DNA from: Macrostomum lignano
Lineage: Eukaryota
DNA: 64,000 nt
Reading direction: 5' to 3'
Assembly (NCBI GenBank): GCA_002269645.1
Contig: NIVC01000199.1
Location: forward strand, 682,001 to 746,000
In this document: one piece after another, positions 20,176 through 32,385 of the stretch
How positions within the stretch are numbered: the stretch's first letter is position 1
Layout of the letters: each line of letters begins with the position of its first letter
The notes under the pieces: generated by a model
What the model saw: only the letters and a program-made list of their open reading frames with translations
Databases searched by the model: none
What the model was told of the DNA's origin: nothing
Translations under genes and position numbers: made by a program

Positions 20176-23100
20176 ATGGACAGGAGGATTTTCTCTGCTG
20201 CTGTGCTACTTCAAATCGTGACTGTAACCTATTTCGGTAGGAGTTATGCTATAATACTTGTAGTGACATTTACGAGAATATCGATTCATGAAACTGCCTT
20301 CGATTGCCTTCTTTTAATTTGTAATTATAATAAAGTTTATGCAGCTGCATATCCAATATACTAAAAGATTTATACTGAATATCACTACATTCATGTACAC
20401 TTATATTAGGCTTAGACTAAGACTTTTCATGGACGGGATGGGTTAGCTACGTCATAGTAGTGCTAATCTGAGCCCGTTATTTTGTTTAAGCGTAGTCAGT
20501 AGTAGTCACGAGTTTTATCATCCGTTGAATTCTATTGGTAGTTGATGGTCATAGGAACTTTTATCTCTAAAGCGTTTCTAAATGTTCCTAAAGTACGAAC
20601 GTCTGAAGTTCTTGATATGCAAGGATGTACGCCTTGCTGTACTATTATTCTAATGAGACTCAAAAGATATAAATTATAAAACTGCTTTGAGAAACGCTAT
20701 TTTACGAGCGTAATAAAATAGAACGGCTGACACGTGACAAGGATGCTGAAATGCAAGAATACCTCGTACGTGAAACAAAAACAGCCAGTTCAGATTAGCA
20801 CTGCCTGCATATTCCCTTCTCCTCCGACACCTCTTGTATACTACAGCTTCAATGCAGATTAACAAATAAATTCACGAGGACTTATGTTTCGCGCAATTTA
20901 GTTTTCAGAATTTACAAAAAAACAAACCAAAATTTACTTTCAGGTGGTGCGTTCGGGCAGAAACAATGCACGAGCCTCAAGCATATGTCGAATCTCCGTC
21001 TTACTAATGTTGGAGTCTTTCCAGGCGGAAGTTTGGTATCCCACAATGGATTCTCTGACGGCAATGGCAGCTATGAACACAATATGACATGTCGCTGGAC
21101 ATTGCAACTACCAAATACTACGACACCAATTCACGTCAATATATTAAGACTAGACCTGGAAGTTCGACGCCATCATTTTTTGCCGATTTCCCTTACGATC
21201 GTCTCACAGTAGAATTTAAAAACGCCATGACTCTTTACTGGGAAACAAAAGTGGCATATGCAAAGTTGCACCTACCCTGTTTTACTAGCGCAAGTGATGT
21301 TTATATATCGTTTTATACGGACAGCTCAATAGCCAAACGAGGCTTTCACTTGGTTTGGTACTTTGTTCCGGAATCGGTCGCCTACCGACTGCCATTGTTT
21401 GAGGATTGGTCAGGCAAGTAAACCGCGGATCACCTGTTTTACGCATCTATACTTAGCAACAATAGCAAATTTGCCACCCTTGTGATAATAAATGGCCGGT
21501 CATCGCGAGTAAATTGAGGGTAACAGATTGCTCAAATCAAATTTACAACGGGGGCCTCAACCAATTAAAAATGGATTTGAGCTATCCTGTGTGACTGATA
21601 AAGGCGGGAAGACGTACGGTTTGTGTAGCGGTTAAATTTGATAAATCTAAAGCCAGCAGCCGACTTCCCTTAGCGTAAATTGCAGATTTGGTATGTTGAA
21701 TTGAAGGTTAGGTTTGGATTGGTATCTACTTAATTTTAGTGCGACTAAAGCAATTGAATGCGACGGCTAAGGGGCCGCGAGAAGCGGAGCGAAGGGAGAG
21801 AGCGGCGGCTGACTGCAAACGTATATTTAATTGGTAGGTAAACAGATAACAAACAACAACACCCCTAATCCAAAACCCAGACAAACCCCCCACGCGGCGC
21901 GCAATGTACATGTACAAATTAATCGATAAATTATATCGTGTAAGAATAACATACGCCAGTAAATAGGTAGAACTACTTTACGAGAAATAAAAACGATATG
22001 AATGAAATACAAATAATAGAATAAATACACACGAGGCTACAAAAACAAAGCAATTAACTGTAACATTAGCGCAATAATAATGCGTATAGAATATTGTTAA
22101 AATAAATTAAAGAATACAAGTAGTACGGTATGCATGCGAGATAAGGAAATACGATCAGATGATTATATGAACTACACTGTCACACATGGACCCACAGAGC
22201 TAGCTACTGAAGGTAATGTGAATGGGCCCTAAGCAATTTATCTCAGACCTCTTATTGAGAGTGAAAGAGCCTGGGACTTTCTGTAGCGCACAATGGACTT
22301 GGAGAATCCGCCACTTAATGTCATGCAACTGCGCCAAGCCATTGCAGATGCCTAGCAGAGTCTTCAGTGTAGAAATATTTCCCACTACCAGTGTTTATTA
22401 TACCTGCAAGATTTACCGGTACTCTTCATAATCCTGATTTCGGTGGCAAAAATTTTCGTAAACAAAATAGTGTGTAGTACAGCCAATCAGCAATAATTTT
22501 ATGGTCACGATATTAACAGTGATTGTAACTTTTTGCTGTAGTTTTGATGGATGCTTTTCTACTCATAAATATGAGTTTTTGCATAGGTAGATACACTTGC
22601 GTTTGGAAGTTTTCCGCAGATTATCCTGGTTCAGTTTATTACCTGTAGTCGATAACATGTTTCCCAAAGCTTTTTGTACGAACCCCGCTCAACCGACGCT
22701 TTTTGTGTATTCTGATAAAATGTTACAAATGATTCTTTGGCGTATATAGTCGATTCAGTGTCCTCGGCGAGGGTTGCAATTAGACTAAACCGCATTCCTG
22801 ACCTCGGTAGCTACTATACGAAATACGATTTCTGTGATATGGAATTTTCCTCACGTACTGTTTTAGCACTTGTGAATGATTGTCCCGAGTTTTTTCAAAA
22901 CAATGGAACACTGATAGTGACCACCGATCGTTCCAACTACGACTGTACCTGGCGCTGGGAGCTCGGTGCCGAGCATGCCATGAAGATGTTTATAGAATAC
23001 GTGGACTTTGGCCCCGCAGACAACTTCTCTGGCCCCCGCAGATCACACGGTACACGCTAATTCTGATTTATGATTGCTAAATAATTAACACGCTTGCAAA

Positions 23101-26100
23101 TTCTAAAGCAGATGAGAGATAATCATTTATCATTTATTTAGTTCTTGAATGCCTCTTACAGAAAACTGCTGCACTGCACACACCGGAAGGCTTACTGTGC
23201 AGTTTACAAATAGAATAGGTCAAGGCGAAGAGTTGTGTTTCTGCGGCAATAGCACAGTAAATAAAACCATTGAAGGCTACGTCTGGATCACGGTGCACTT
23301 TTATATGATAGAAGCATATCAGGGCAGAGGGACTCGTGTGAATTTCCAGCGACTGAGACGTGAGTTCCTTCTAATATTTTAACTTAGTTTTAAATAGAAG
23401 CCGTATAATTCTATTTGGATCAGAAATCCATATTGGATAAATAGATTTCTAGAGACTAAATTAGAACGCTCCTACGTTCGCATACAGTAATTTCGCTGGA
23501 CGTCGGATTTGGGTACCAAATTCTTTGTTGAGAAAAGACGTTCTTAGTTTTTTTGAATAACTAGCAATATTTCACCTTAGCTTCAGAATCGAAAGTCGAG
23601 CAAGTTACGAGCTACTTAGCTTGGGTATATTTGTGAATGAACTTGGACAAAAACATACTTTGTTAAAAAATTGCTTCATTTTTAACCCGTGCCTTACGCT
23701 CAGAGATACTGTCAACGTATTGCAAAAAAAACTAAAAAGTACCTATCTCGCCATAACATTTATTATTGCAATCGCAATTTTTTCCAACAAAACTTTTTAG
23801 TACAAAGGAATTCTAACTGCTCGCAGCCTCAGCTATTAGATAGATACCACATCAAGCTTTCGGATACTCTGACTAGAACTGGCATCGGTTCGTGCATCTG
23901 GTCGTTCCGACCAATGGACAATGATCATTTGATAATACTTACTATCAACCGCCTCATTATGGAATCCTTAAGCCGGTATAAAAATTCGTGAGTTTTTATT
24001 ATATCACTTATACGCTCGTATTTACATGTACACTTGTACAAACTTGTAATTATCTGTTTTATTAGAACCATGGGCAACTCCAAAATACGCTCGTAGGACA
24101 CTACAAAACAGACGCATTTCACCAGAATTTCACCATAATTGCCGGTGTTCTGTAGCATTTCAGCTTGATAAATTTGTGAGTTCAACCATAACAAAACAAA
24201 AAATTCTGAGTACAATTTGGAGAAAAAATTCTAGCTTCATTTGGAACTTGGAGGTCCCCATAATTTCAGAAAACTTCTCATTTTGCTAATGCGTTTGCTG
24301 CGAAAACCGGTCACTAGGGAGATTTGCACGATTTGTGAATTAGTCACTTATTTTAGATCAACGAACTGTATGCTTATATTAATAAGTATTAAATGGTGGG
24401 TGAATACTGAAAAAACAGTTTAGCCAAAGTACTGTACAGTTCTGTTCTGTGACTTCTACTGTAAATTTTAAACAGGTAATACACTGACTACTATATTAGC
24501 ATGTACAGATGTACATAATTTATCGCAATCAGTGCAACCGCAGTAATAAAAAAACCAATAACAATAGCAAATTCTACTCCATTTGTCCATGACCTGCTGT
24601 CTTTTGTCATACAGTTAAAAAAGAGGGGTTTGATTGCGTCTGAAAGAAACGTCCGAGCCTCAATTGCTGCATTTTCTGTGAACTTTTGTGGCTACTATTT
24701 GCTGCAAGTTGTAAAGTTGTTTGCTTCAATAAGTTAGCTCATACTAAGCAATTAAAATCCACTTTGTGTATTCCGAAAAATTTTAGGAGATCCGTCTGTC
24801 CATGCGAAATGAAGGTGCAAGGTAGACAGTTAAACCCATCGATAATGGATCACCGGACTGCAAACCCTTACAGGAATGAATCACCGAGGGTGAGCAGGTC
24901 TTACATGAGGACCAAAGTTTGTTGCAACATTCCTAACAAACGTCAATTCATGTTTTCTGAGCTCGTCGAACTTAATATTACTTTTGATGAAAACAACATT
25001 CTCAGCTACGATTTGGACATTCAGAGTGTTCCGCATGCTGGCCCTGGATCGGGAAAATGTAATGGCAGCTTTAAAACTGTTTTATTTATTTTATTTTGCT
25101 AGATATTGCAGCTTAAGAGCAAAAAAGGTCTTTGATGTTCATGACCGAATATTGGATAATTTTCTATTCATCTGAGTCAATCCACGAGCAACCAATCTCA
25201 GCTAGTCCAATGCTCCTATTAAAAGTCAAATCAAGTTTTCATAAATAAAATTCATATGCCCTCGTATGACATCTATGTACTCGTAAATTTGCATTCGTAT
25301 AGCGTCGTATTGATGGTAAATAACAGAAAAATGTTATGAAGCGTACGAGTGTTTATGGTCGTTGCTGCACTCAAAAGCCGAGCGTCGAAGCGCATTTGTG
25401 CTTTTTCCATAGACGAACGTAACACTATATGAATGTAATACTATAGCATGGTTTCAGAGGTCATTAATGTCCATGGCCTCGGGGCAGTGGACAAAATTGC
25501 ACAGCTAATAGTACATTATTGGGTCATTGACAACCCATGCTTCAAGGGCGTTAATGGGAAAATCAGAGGGCGCCGAAAAGATCAAGACATTTGTTCTCAT
25601 TTATGGCACATTCGTATTTTTTTACATTTTAGTGTGCCCTCCTTTTAAAAGAATTGAGTCGAACTCCGATCACTATGCTCATGTTGGAACTAAAAATAAT
25701 CGCACTGTTTCAAGTGAAAAAATCGAGTTGTCGTCCAAAGTCGATTGCATCTCTGTGCTCCGCAGTTTCTTGCTCAGTGAAGAACTACAGGCTGTAAGTT
25801 GATTTGTTGTTTAAGCTTTTAGAAAGATACGAGCGTAACACACACATATTCTCTGCGACCTGTGAATAGAAATTAGGCAAATTTCGCTGTACCCAATAAT
25901 TATCAACTTTGCCGAAATATGTTACTTCGGTATGCACAACTAAACTAAGAATACTATTCATTACACAGCAGGAGGTATGATTCACTGAGCAACTAATTTG
26001 AAATTTGAGTTTTCCTACCTTAAATTTCACTCTTTTACTAGTTTAATTAATTTTGATGACATGAATGAACCTAAAGTCTACGAGTCTTGTACCTGCACTT

Positions 26101-28380
26101 TCTTCAGCACCCTCGCACTGGCCAGTAAAAGAGTTACAAAATTCTGAAGTCAGCTCGTATAGTTTCTCTAATCACATCGTTCTCACTTTTAGCCTTATAT
26201 CTTTTAGCCCTCCAAATTTTAGCCTTACATATTCCAACGCATCAGAAAATGGAGGATATCAATAAGTTGCAACAATCAAAGTGGAGTCCTCTATGGAGTA
26301 AACAGAGACGACAACATAAACACCATAGCTTGCAACAGCTCAGCAATTGTTCGGTTGTACAGACCGGATTTCTCAATTGAGACGGTTGGTACAGGTGGAT
26401 TTACTGCCTATTTCGATCGAATCACTCAGATCCGCGGTGAGTCCCATGCATTTTTAAAGTTGATCAAGTTCTTCTCAGTTTTAATTGAAGTTTGGATTTT
26501 TATTCTAGATGGCGCAACCGACTGCAAAAGATTTGAAATCAGCCAAACTGCTCAAACGAGTGCCAGCCTGCCACTCCTTTACACGCAGACATTAGACCGC
26601 CACAGTAAGTACATGTGTACGTGTAACAATCAGGGGCGTCGCCACCGGGAGGTACAGGGGGGACATGTCCCCCCAGTAAATGCTATGGGGGGTCATGCTA
26701 ATGCCTTGTCCTTCCCACCCCACCTTTGTTGACCTGTTATGGAAATCAATATTTTGCTTCAGGGCGACAAAGCATATAGTGCCTGCGGCGCTAAAATAAG
26801 TGTCTGCGGCACTAAAATGAGTGTCTGCGACACTAAAATGAGTGTCTGTGGCGCTAAAATGAGTGTCTGCGGCGCTAAAATGAGTGCCTGCAGCGCTAAA
26901 ATGAGTGCCTGCAGCGCTAAAATAATCGCTGACAACATCGATTCTAAAAAATGTACATGTAGGAATTTAGTCATGTACATGTACATGTGGAATTCTTGGC
27001 TTTGCACCCCCACCATAAAACCCATGGCGACGCCCCTGGCAACAATGCAAAATATTATCAACTCAATGACCCATGCATAAGTTAAATACTAATCTCATTT
27101 ACTCAAAAAAAAACACAAAATTTGCAAATTTGATTTGGCTAATTTTAAACGTTCATCTTGCTTCTAGACTCGTCAACAAAGCAGCATTTCTACTGCTCTT
27201 ACTCACTCAGGCCGCCGAACGGCAGTGACCTCATCGTTAAACTGCGAATGCCTTTCAGTAACGACCAGCTGGACCAATTCTGCCTAGAGATTAGCGCCCA
27301 AAGCATTCGACCGAAACTAATATTTATCATTTCTAAACTGGATGGAAGCAAAACTTTGTTAAGCTTATGCAACAATAACATTCCCGGTGGCTTGTCAATG
27401 CAGAGCAATTTAAAAGTCAGGGAGGGTGAAAAACTAGAGATTGATATCACAGTGGCTAAAATCTTTACAAATTGGAATAGGTCAGAGGATTCAGAGCGCC
27501 TCCTTCGATATAACTTCGATGTTGATGCTAATTTCATTGTGAGTCCAGGTGAGTTCTTGTTGGAGTAAATTAAAACACCAATCAGATCGTAATATGCATA
27601 TAACTTAACTCCGGTTGGATAACCTTTAGTGCAAGTCTGCACAAGACTAACCAGCTCAAGTGAGCAGTGGCAGCTGAGCACAGACGGTACACAACTGCTC
27701 AGCACTGTGACAGTCGCTCCTGACAACACTCAGACTGACTGCAAACTGCAGCTGGATGCCTTCACTGCTGCTCGAATCGTAAACAACACCAAACCCGCCA
27801 GTTCTGTGTGTGAAATCATTTCGAATTTATCGAAGACAGATTGCTGGAAGCTGGAAGTGAAGCTGGACAAGTTCAGTACGGTTTGCGGACTCAAGCAGCT
27901 CGTGCTGACTGCGTCTCACTGGGACTCTCTGGCAGCGTCGGTCGAGCACAGTCAGCAGGAGGTCTGCGGCTCGAACTCGCAGTTCGAATTTCGCGTTGAG
28001 GCCAGCCTGCAAGCCGAAAGCAGCGGAATGAGCCTCGCGTACAGCGGAGTGAGGTCCGGCTTCAGGGCTCGGCTCTCCATCTCGAGCTGCGGTCAGAGCT
28101 CTGCTCAGAGTGAGCATCTGGTTGAGTCTCCAGGTTAGTAAAAGTTTCTTCATAATTCTAAAAAAATTTTATCTGGCTTAAACAAACAGAAATCTCTTTT
28201 ATTACAGCCTCCGTGCAATCAGCTTCCTCGTTCTTTATCTTCCTTGTGGTTTTGCTGTCTCTGGCAAATGTTTTTGTGTTGATTTTCATATTTCGGAAAA
28301 ACATTTGGCGACAAGTGACGCACTTGGATCGGTGCCGCACAGCAAAGACAAGCTGCCCAACCTGTCTTGAACACATCTGA
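20176..28380 (+). CDS. Multi-CUB-like type-I single-pass membrane protein (paralog B), 12 exons
   Basis: Phase-consistent exons: 20176-20236 (signal peptide), 20944-~21413, ~22649-23049, 23161-23359, 23801-23975, 24787-25058, 25633-25793, 26223-26436, 26509-26604, 27168-27548, 27630-28133, 28208-28380 (TM FFIFLVVLLSLANVFVLIFIF plus short tail). CUB motifs YEHNMTCRW, YDRL, FYTDSSIAKRGF, NYDCTW, FCG. Two single-base frameshifts (~21160 and ~22720) fall at short A runs. Confidence 0.8.
22225..22460 (+). mobile_element. Degenerate Tc1-family transposase remnant in intron 2 of paralog B
   Basis: Translates AWDFL*RTMDLENPPLNVMQLRQAIADA*QSL, matching VWDFLKRSIRKINPPQNVAELRHAIENDWQQL at 32053. Confidence 0.75.
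26631..27038. mobile_element. hAT-like MITE with an internal 21-bp tandem array, in an intron of paralog B
   Basis: 14-bp TIRs CAGGGGCGTCGCCA / TGGCGACGCCCCTG; 8-bp flanks GTAACAAT and GCAACAAT (one mismatch); AAAATGAGTGTCTGCGGCGCT repeats at ~26795-26925. Confidence 0.85.
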
Positions 28381-30058
28381 GGCAGATCATTTCAACCTTC
28401 TTTCTGATGTACAAGATACTTAATTTTGCTGAATTTCGATAAACTTCAACGAACCCGTGTCAAAATCTTTGATCGGCTGTTTGTCGTTCGTACTTACGTG
28501 TGGAGTAATAATATTTAATTGACGATATCAAAAATTGGCTTTTTCAATTGATCTTCAATCTATGCTCCAGTACGAGCTACCAGCTTAATGATTGTGCAGA
28601 GACTCGTATCTTACGAAACTGTTTCGATGAATTTGAACTGTGTTGTTTTAAAGCCCTTTATTGGCATTGGACGATCACCGATTTCACTATTAAAACTAAT
28701 TAATTACATGTAACTAGTTGCAACACAATTTAATTGATTATACATTATCCTGCTTTTCTAGTGCTTTTTAATTTTTCTATAATGTCATTTTCGCAGTATC
28801 GAGATTTCCCAAAGACAATAAAAGAATAATTTTTATCTGTGTTCGAACCGAAATTTACTACCATGAAGTCTTAGCAAGAACCAGTATACCAGTGATGAAT
28901 TGTATAGGGAAATATTTTTGTTACATTACAATTTATATTAGTGAGGCACCTTACGTACATTTTAGTTACAGATGACTGAAAATATTGGTTTTCGATTATT
29001 CAATATATTTTCCTTCTCATTCTTGCTTATTTAGTGCTCTACTTTAGGGCCCCTACAGAAGTCCCTACAGCTAAGCGAGTTGGATAAGAAACTTTCCAAA
29101 GGATTGGATTAGAAGGTTGGCCATAGACATTGAGAAAAGTGAGAAAGTGCATGGTCCTTCGCGTTCCTCCAACTTGGCCATATGGACATAAAAAACGGCA
29201 GCGGTCATTAATGGGTGCTTTCCACAAAAAATAGTCTTTCGCATCCTCGGGCTGCTTATTTTTAGGAATTTTTTAAAATAGATGGCAGGAAACTACTATC
29301 GTGTGCCATAAATCATGGTTTCCTCGATCATTAATGTCTTCGCGCACTCGGCCAAAAGACATTAATGACCTCTGAAACCATGCTAGTATTACAATTGGTG
29401 AGATATTTTCTCCTTTACACTGACAAATAACCCCTCCTTTCTTTTCTGCTCTTCCGCAATTCGCTCCTTCGACTTCTGCACAAGCTGCCTCTTTCGCCAA
29501 GCCAATAAGCATTCGAATCACGATTCTAGCAAGTAGAAAGAAACTCCGAATATTTGTGTTAGTTATTCGACTCTTGTCAGAGAGACTGGGACAGTTCACC
29601 AAGCGATCTATCTCGTATTTGTAGTCAAAAATAGGGTTGGATGCTGATCGTTTTAACAAAGTCGCAATTTTATCACTTCTGTTGGAAATAAACGAATGTG
29701 CCTCTATATCACTAGTATTTTATTAAGACATAATAGCCCAATTTTATAAAATTATAAAAGAAACTCAGCTTTGGTTAAATTTATATTTGTGTTAGTAAAG
29801 CAGAATATTAGAATATTTATTGCAGGTAATTCATTTTATGTATTAAAAATAAAGTTAATAAATCGTCCAGATTTTGCTAAATTCCATTGTGATTAAAATC
29901 ATACACAGTGACTGAGTACTAGCACTGGTTTTTAAAATGTCTGAAGAATTATGTTTATAGCATCATCACGTAGTAAAATTTGTTTTATATTCTGCTGCTG
30001 TTCAAAAACACATTGTTGTATTAGATAATGTGTAATGAGATTAAAAAGGCGGTTATTC

Positions 30059-30709
30059 TTAATCTCGTACAGACGGGCAAAGTCGTAAAAATAGGATTCC
30101 CTTAAATAGCTTCTGACGAAAGGCATACAGAAAGCTGAACAAATTGCAAAGAGCCAGCATAACAAGGATAGTAGCCAGTGGCGCGGAGACTGTTTAAAGG
30201 AAGTATTTCAAAGGATACGATCGCGTCAGATAGACTGAAACAATTTCTTCTAAAGCACTGGAAATTAATCAGACTGGCTAATAAACTGCTTAACTCACTT
30301 CCGCCGCTGACATTGTGCAGGTCATTGCTGCCTGAAGTCCATGAGCTCTGACCGCAGCTCGAGATGGAGAGCCGAGCCCAGAAGCCGGACCTCATTCCGC
30401 TGTACGCGAGACTCATTCCGCTGCCTTCCGCTTGCAGGCTGGCCTCAACGCGGAATTCGAACTGCGAGTTCGAGCCGCAGACCTCTCGCTGTATGTGCTC
30501 GACCGACGCTGCCAGAGAGTCCCAGTGAGACGCAGTCAGCAGGAGCTGCTTGAGTCCGCAAACCGTAATGAACTTGTCCAGCTTCACTTCCAGCTTCCAG
30601 CAATCTGCCTTCGATAAATTCGAAATTTCACGCACAGAACTGGCGGGTTTGGTGTTGTTTACGACTAGAGCAGCGGTGAAGGCATTCAGCTGCAGTTTGC
30701 AGTCAGCTG
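30059..30709 (-). pseudogene. 3' fragment of CUB-like receptor paralog C (last ectodomain exon plus TM exon), truncated upstream
   Basis: Exon 30709-30299 is highly similar to B exon 11. Phase-1 splice to exon 30189-30059, SAPLATILVMLALCNLFSFLYAFRQKLF...*. Homology stops abruptly at 30709. Confidence 0.75.
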
Positions 30710-30935
30710 ACCGGTTTGCCTAGCCGGCTTGTACGGCGTGGGCTAACCGGCGTTTGCGATTGGCTAGGAGGGGTTGTTTGGCTCCACCCGTGGGGGTGGG
30801 TTAGCGGCGTTGGGGTGGGTGGTTGTGTTCTGTGCCTTTTTAGGCCTCACCTTGAGCTGAAATCGCTTGTTCTCTCAGCGTTGAATTTTTAGGTTGATGG
30901 GTGAATAAAATTAGGTGGATATATATTGGCCACAA
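30710..30935 (+). mobile_element. Possible LTR-like fragment at the truncation point of paralog C
   Basis: GT-rich segment starting TGACC, with AATAAA and TATATTGGC as in the Gypsy LTR. No target-site duplication found. Confidence 0.3.
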
Positions 30936-31146
30936 GCAGGATCGAGAGCAAAATACCCAGGCAATAAAAATCCGCATCATGTGGCAGTTGAATTTCTAAT
31001 GCTTGTGTTTCTAGCCACAAGTGTGAGGTTAGTTTCCCAATTAAATTGCACTATGCAGTATGCATGATGTTTATATTGTATTGTATAATAAAACTCCTAT
31101 AAAGCATCAGTGGCTGCAGCCACTAGAAGACATTGACTTGTTGATT

Positions 31147-31397
31147 CTTAGCAGATCTTGTCTATCTTCTTGGGTTGCTGCGCAAGTACTTGCAAGAACG
31201 TGCAAGATCTTTGCTATAATAATACTTAGGTAAACTTACCAGATCTGGGCGACTTGCTACATCGTACAAGATCTTAGCTTTTATATCTTTTTATAGCTTC
31301 GAATCGACAAATGTACCTTCCATCTTAGAAGATCCTGCAAGAACCGAGCAGATTGAAAAGATCTGCTAAGAATGGCACAGAGACAAGATCTGCTAAG
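31147..31397. mobile_element. Small foldback/MITE-like element rich in AGATCT motifs
   Basis: 17-bp inverted repeat CTTAGCAGATCTTGTCT (31147) / AGACAAGATCTGCTAAG (31381), with several internal CAAGATCT copies. Confidence 0.55.
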
Positions 31398-32052
31398 TTT
31401 GAGAAACAGAATGTCCTCTAGGGCATGGTCTCTCATCAAAGAAACTATTTGTGCCTGGAACTTTCTACATACATACTTTCTTAGCATTTGAACGACGTAT
31501 AAATGTTTTGTTTAAAAAATAGATTTGATCAACAACAAGCTTCTTAGGCAAATTACGATACAATGCACTGTATTTGCAATCTGGCAGGGTAAAGTTTCAG
31601 ATTTCATGACTTTATGTTATAGGATAACAAGGTTTTTAATGCAATGAAAATTAGAAGATAACCAAAATATCCGGTTGCGATGTCGTGCTAAAATGTCTGG
31701 TACAAAAGCACCAATTTGCTGGCTGGCTGATAAATGCTGGCTGTCAATCTTCAGCGCTTCATCCTGCACAGTGTGGATGGAGAATGCATGTAGCTAACAG
31801 GCATTTCAGAGATGAATTTTTGCTGAAAGTTGGTATTCGAAAAGAATTTACTTTTCGCACGAGGGTTGTGGGCACCCTGGAGCAGTGTCTCTTCCCGATT
31901 CAGTGACATCTTCCCGAGAGGCAAAGCTGCCCACCCACTGATTTCTGAGCACGTATACTCAGCAACAGTCAAAAGTTCCACCCTCCAAGCGAGATGGAAT
32001 TTTCTCACTTTATGAGTGACGCAGCTTACGGCACGCGCGAGCTTATTGCCAC

Positions 32053-32385
32053 TTGGGTGTTGTCCAGGATGACAACGCCCCGCCGCACCGAGCAGATGCT
32101 GTTAGTCAACTGAAAGAACAGCTACAGCTGCGCACTCTGCGCTGGCCTTCCCGGTCCCCAGACATGAATCCCATCGAGCATGTTTGGGACTTCCTGAAAC
32201 GCAGCATTCGAAAAATAAATCCACCACAGAATGTTGCGGAGCTGCGTCATGCCATTGAAAACGATTGGCAGCAGCTTCCCCAGGACTTTCTGCGGCCGGC
32301 TCATCCTGGGGATGCACCGCAGAGCCGCCGCACCTCTGCGTGCGAGGGGATCCCACACGCGTTGTTAAGCATCGCGATATTCTAA
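32053..32385 (+). mobile_element. Tc1/mariner transposase C-terminal fragment
   Basis: QDDNAPPHRA...WPSRSPDMNPIEHVW, the second Asp and the Glu of DD34E. The N-terminal part is not intact. Confidence 0.9.

Noticed and set aside
21405-21420. GC-AG intron (CAG|GCAAGT) after exon 2 of paralog B
   Set aside because: A canonical alternative (AA|GTAAAC joined to the CCGCAG acceptor at 22619) is also phase-consistent, so a non-canonical donor is not required.
29039-29659. Two minus-strand ORFs downstream of paralog B
   Set aside because: They overlap a small repeat shared with 25434 and show no domain or splice support.
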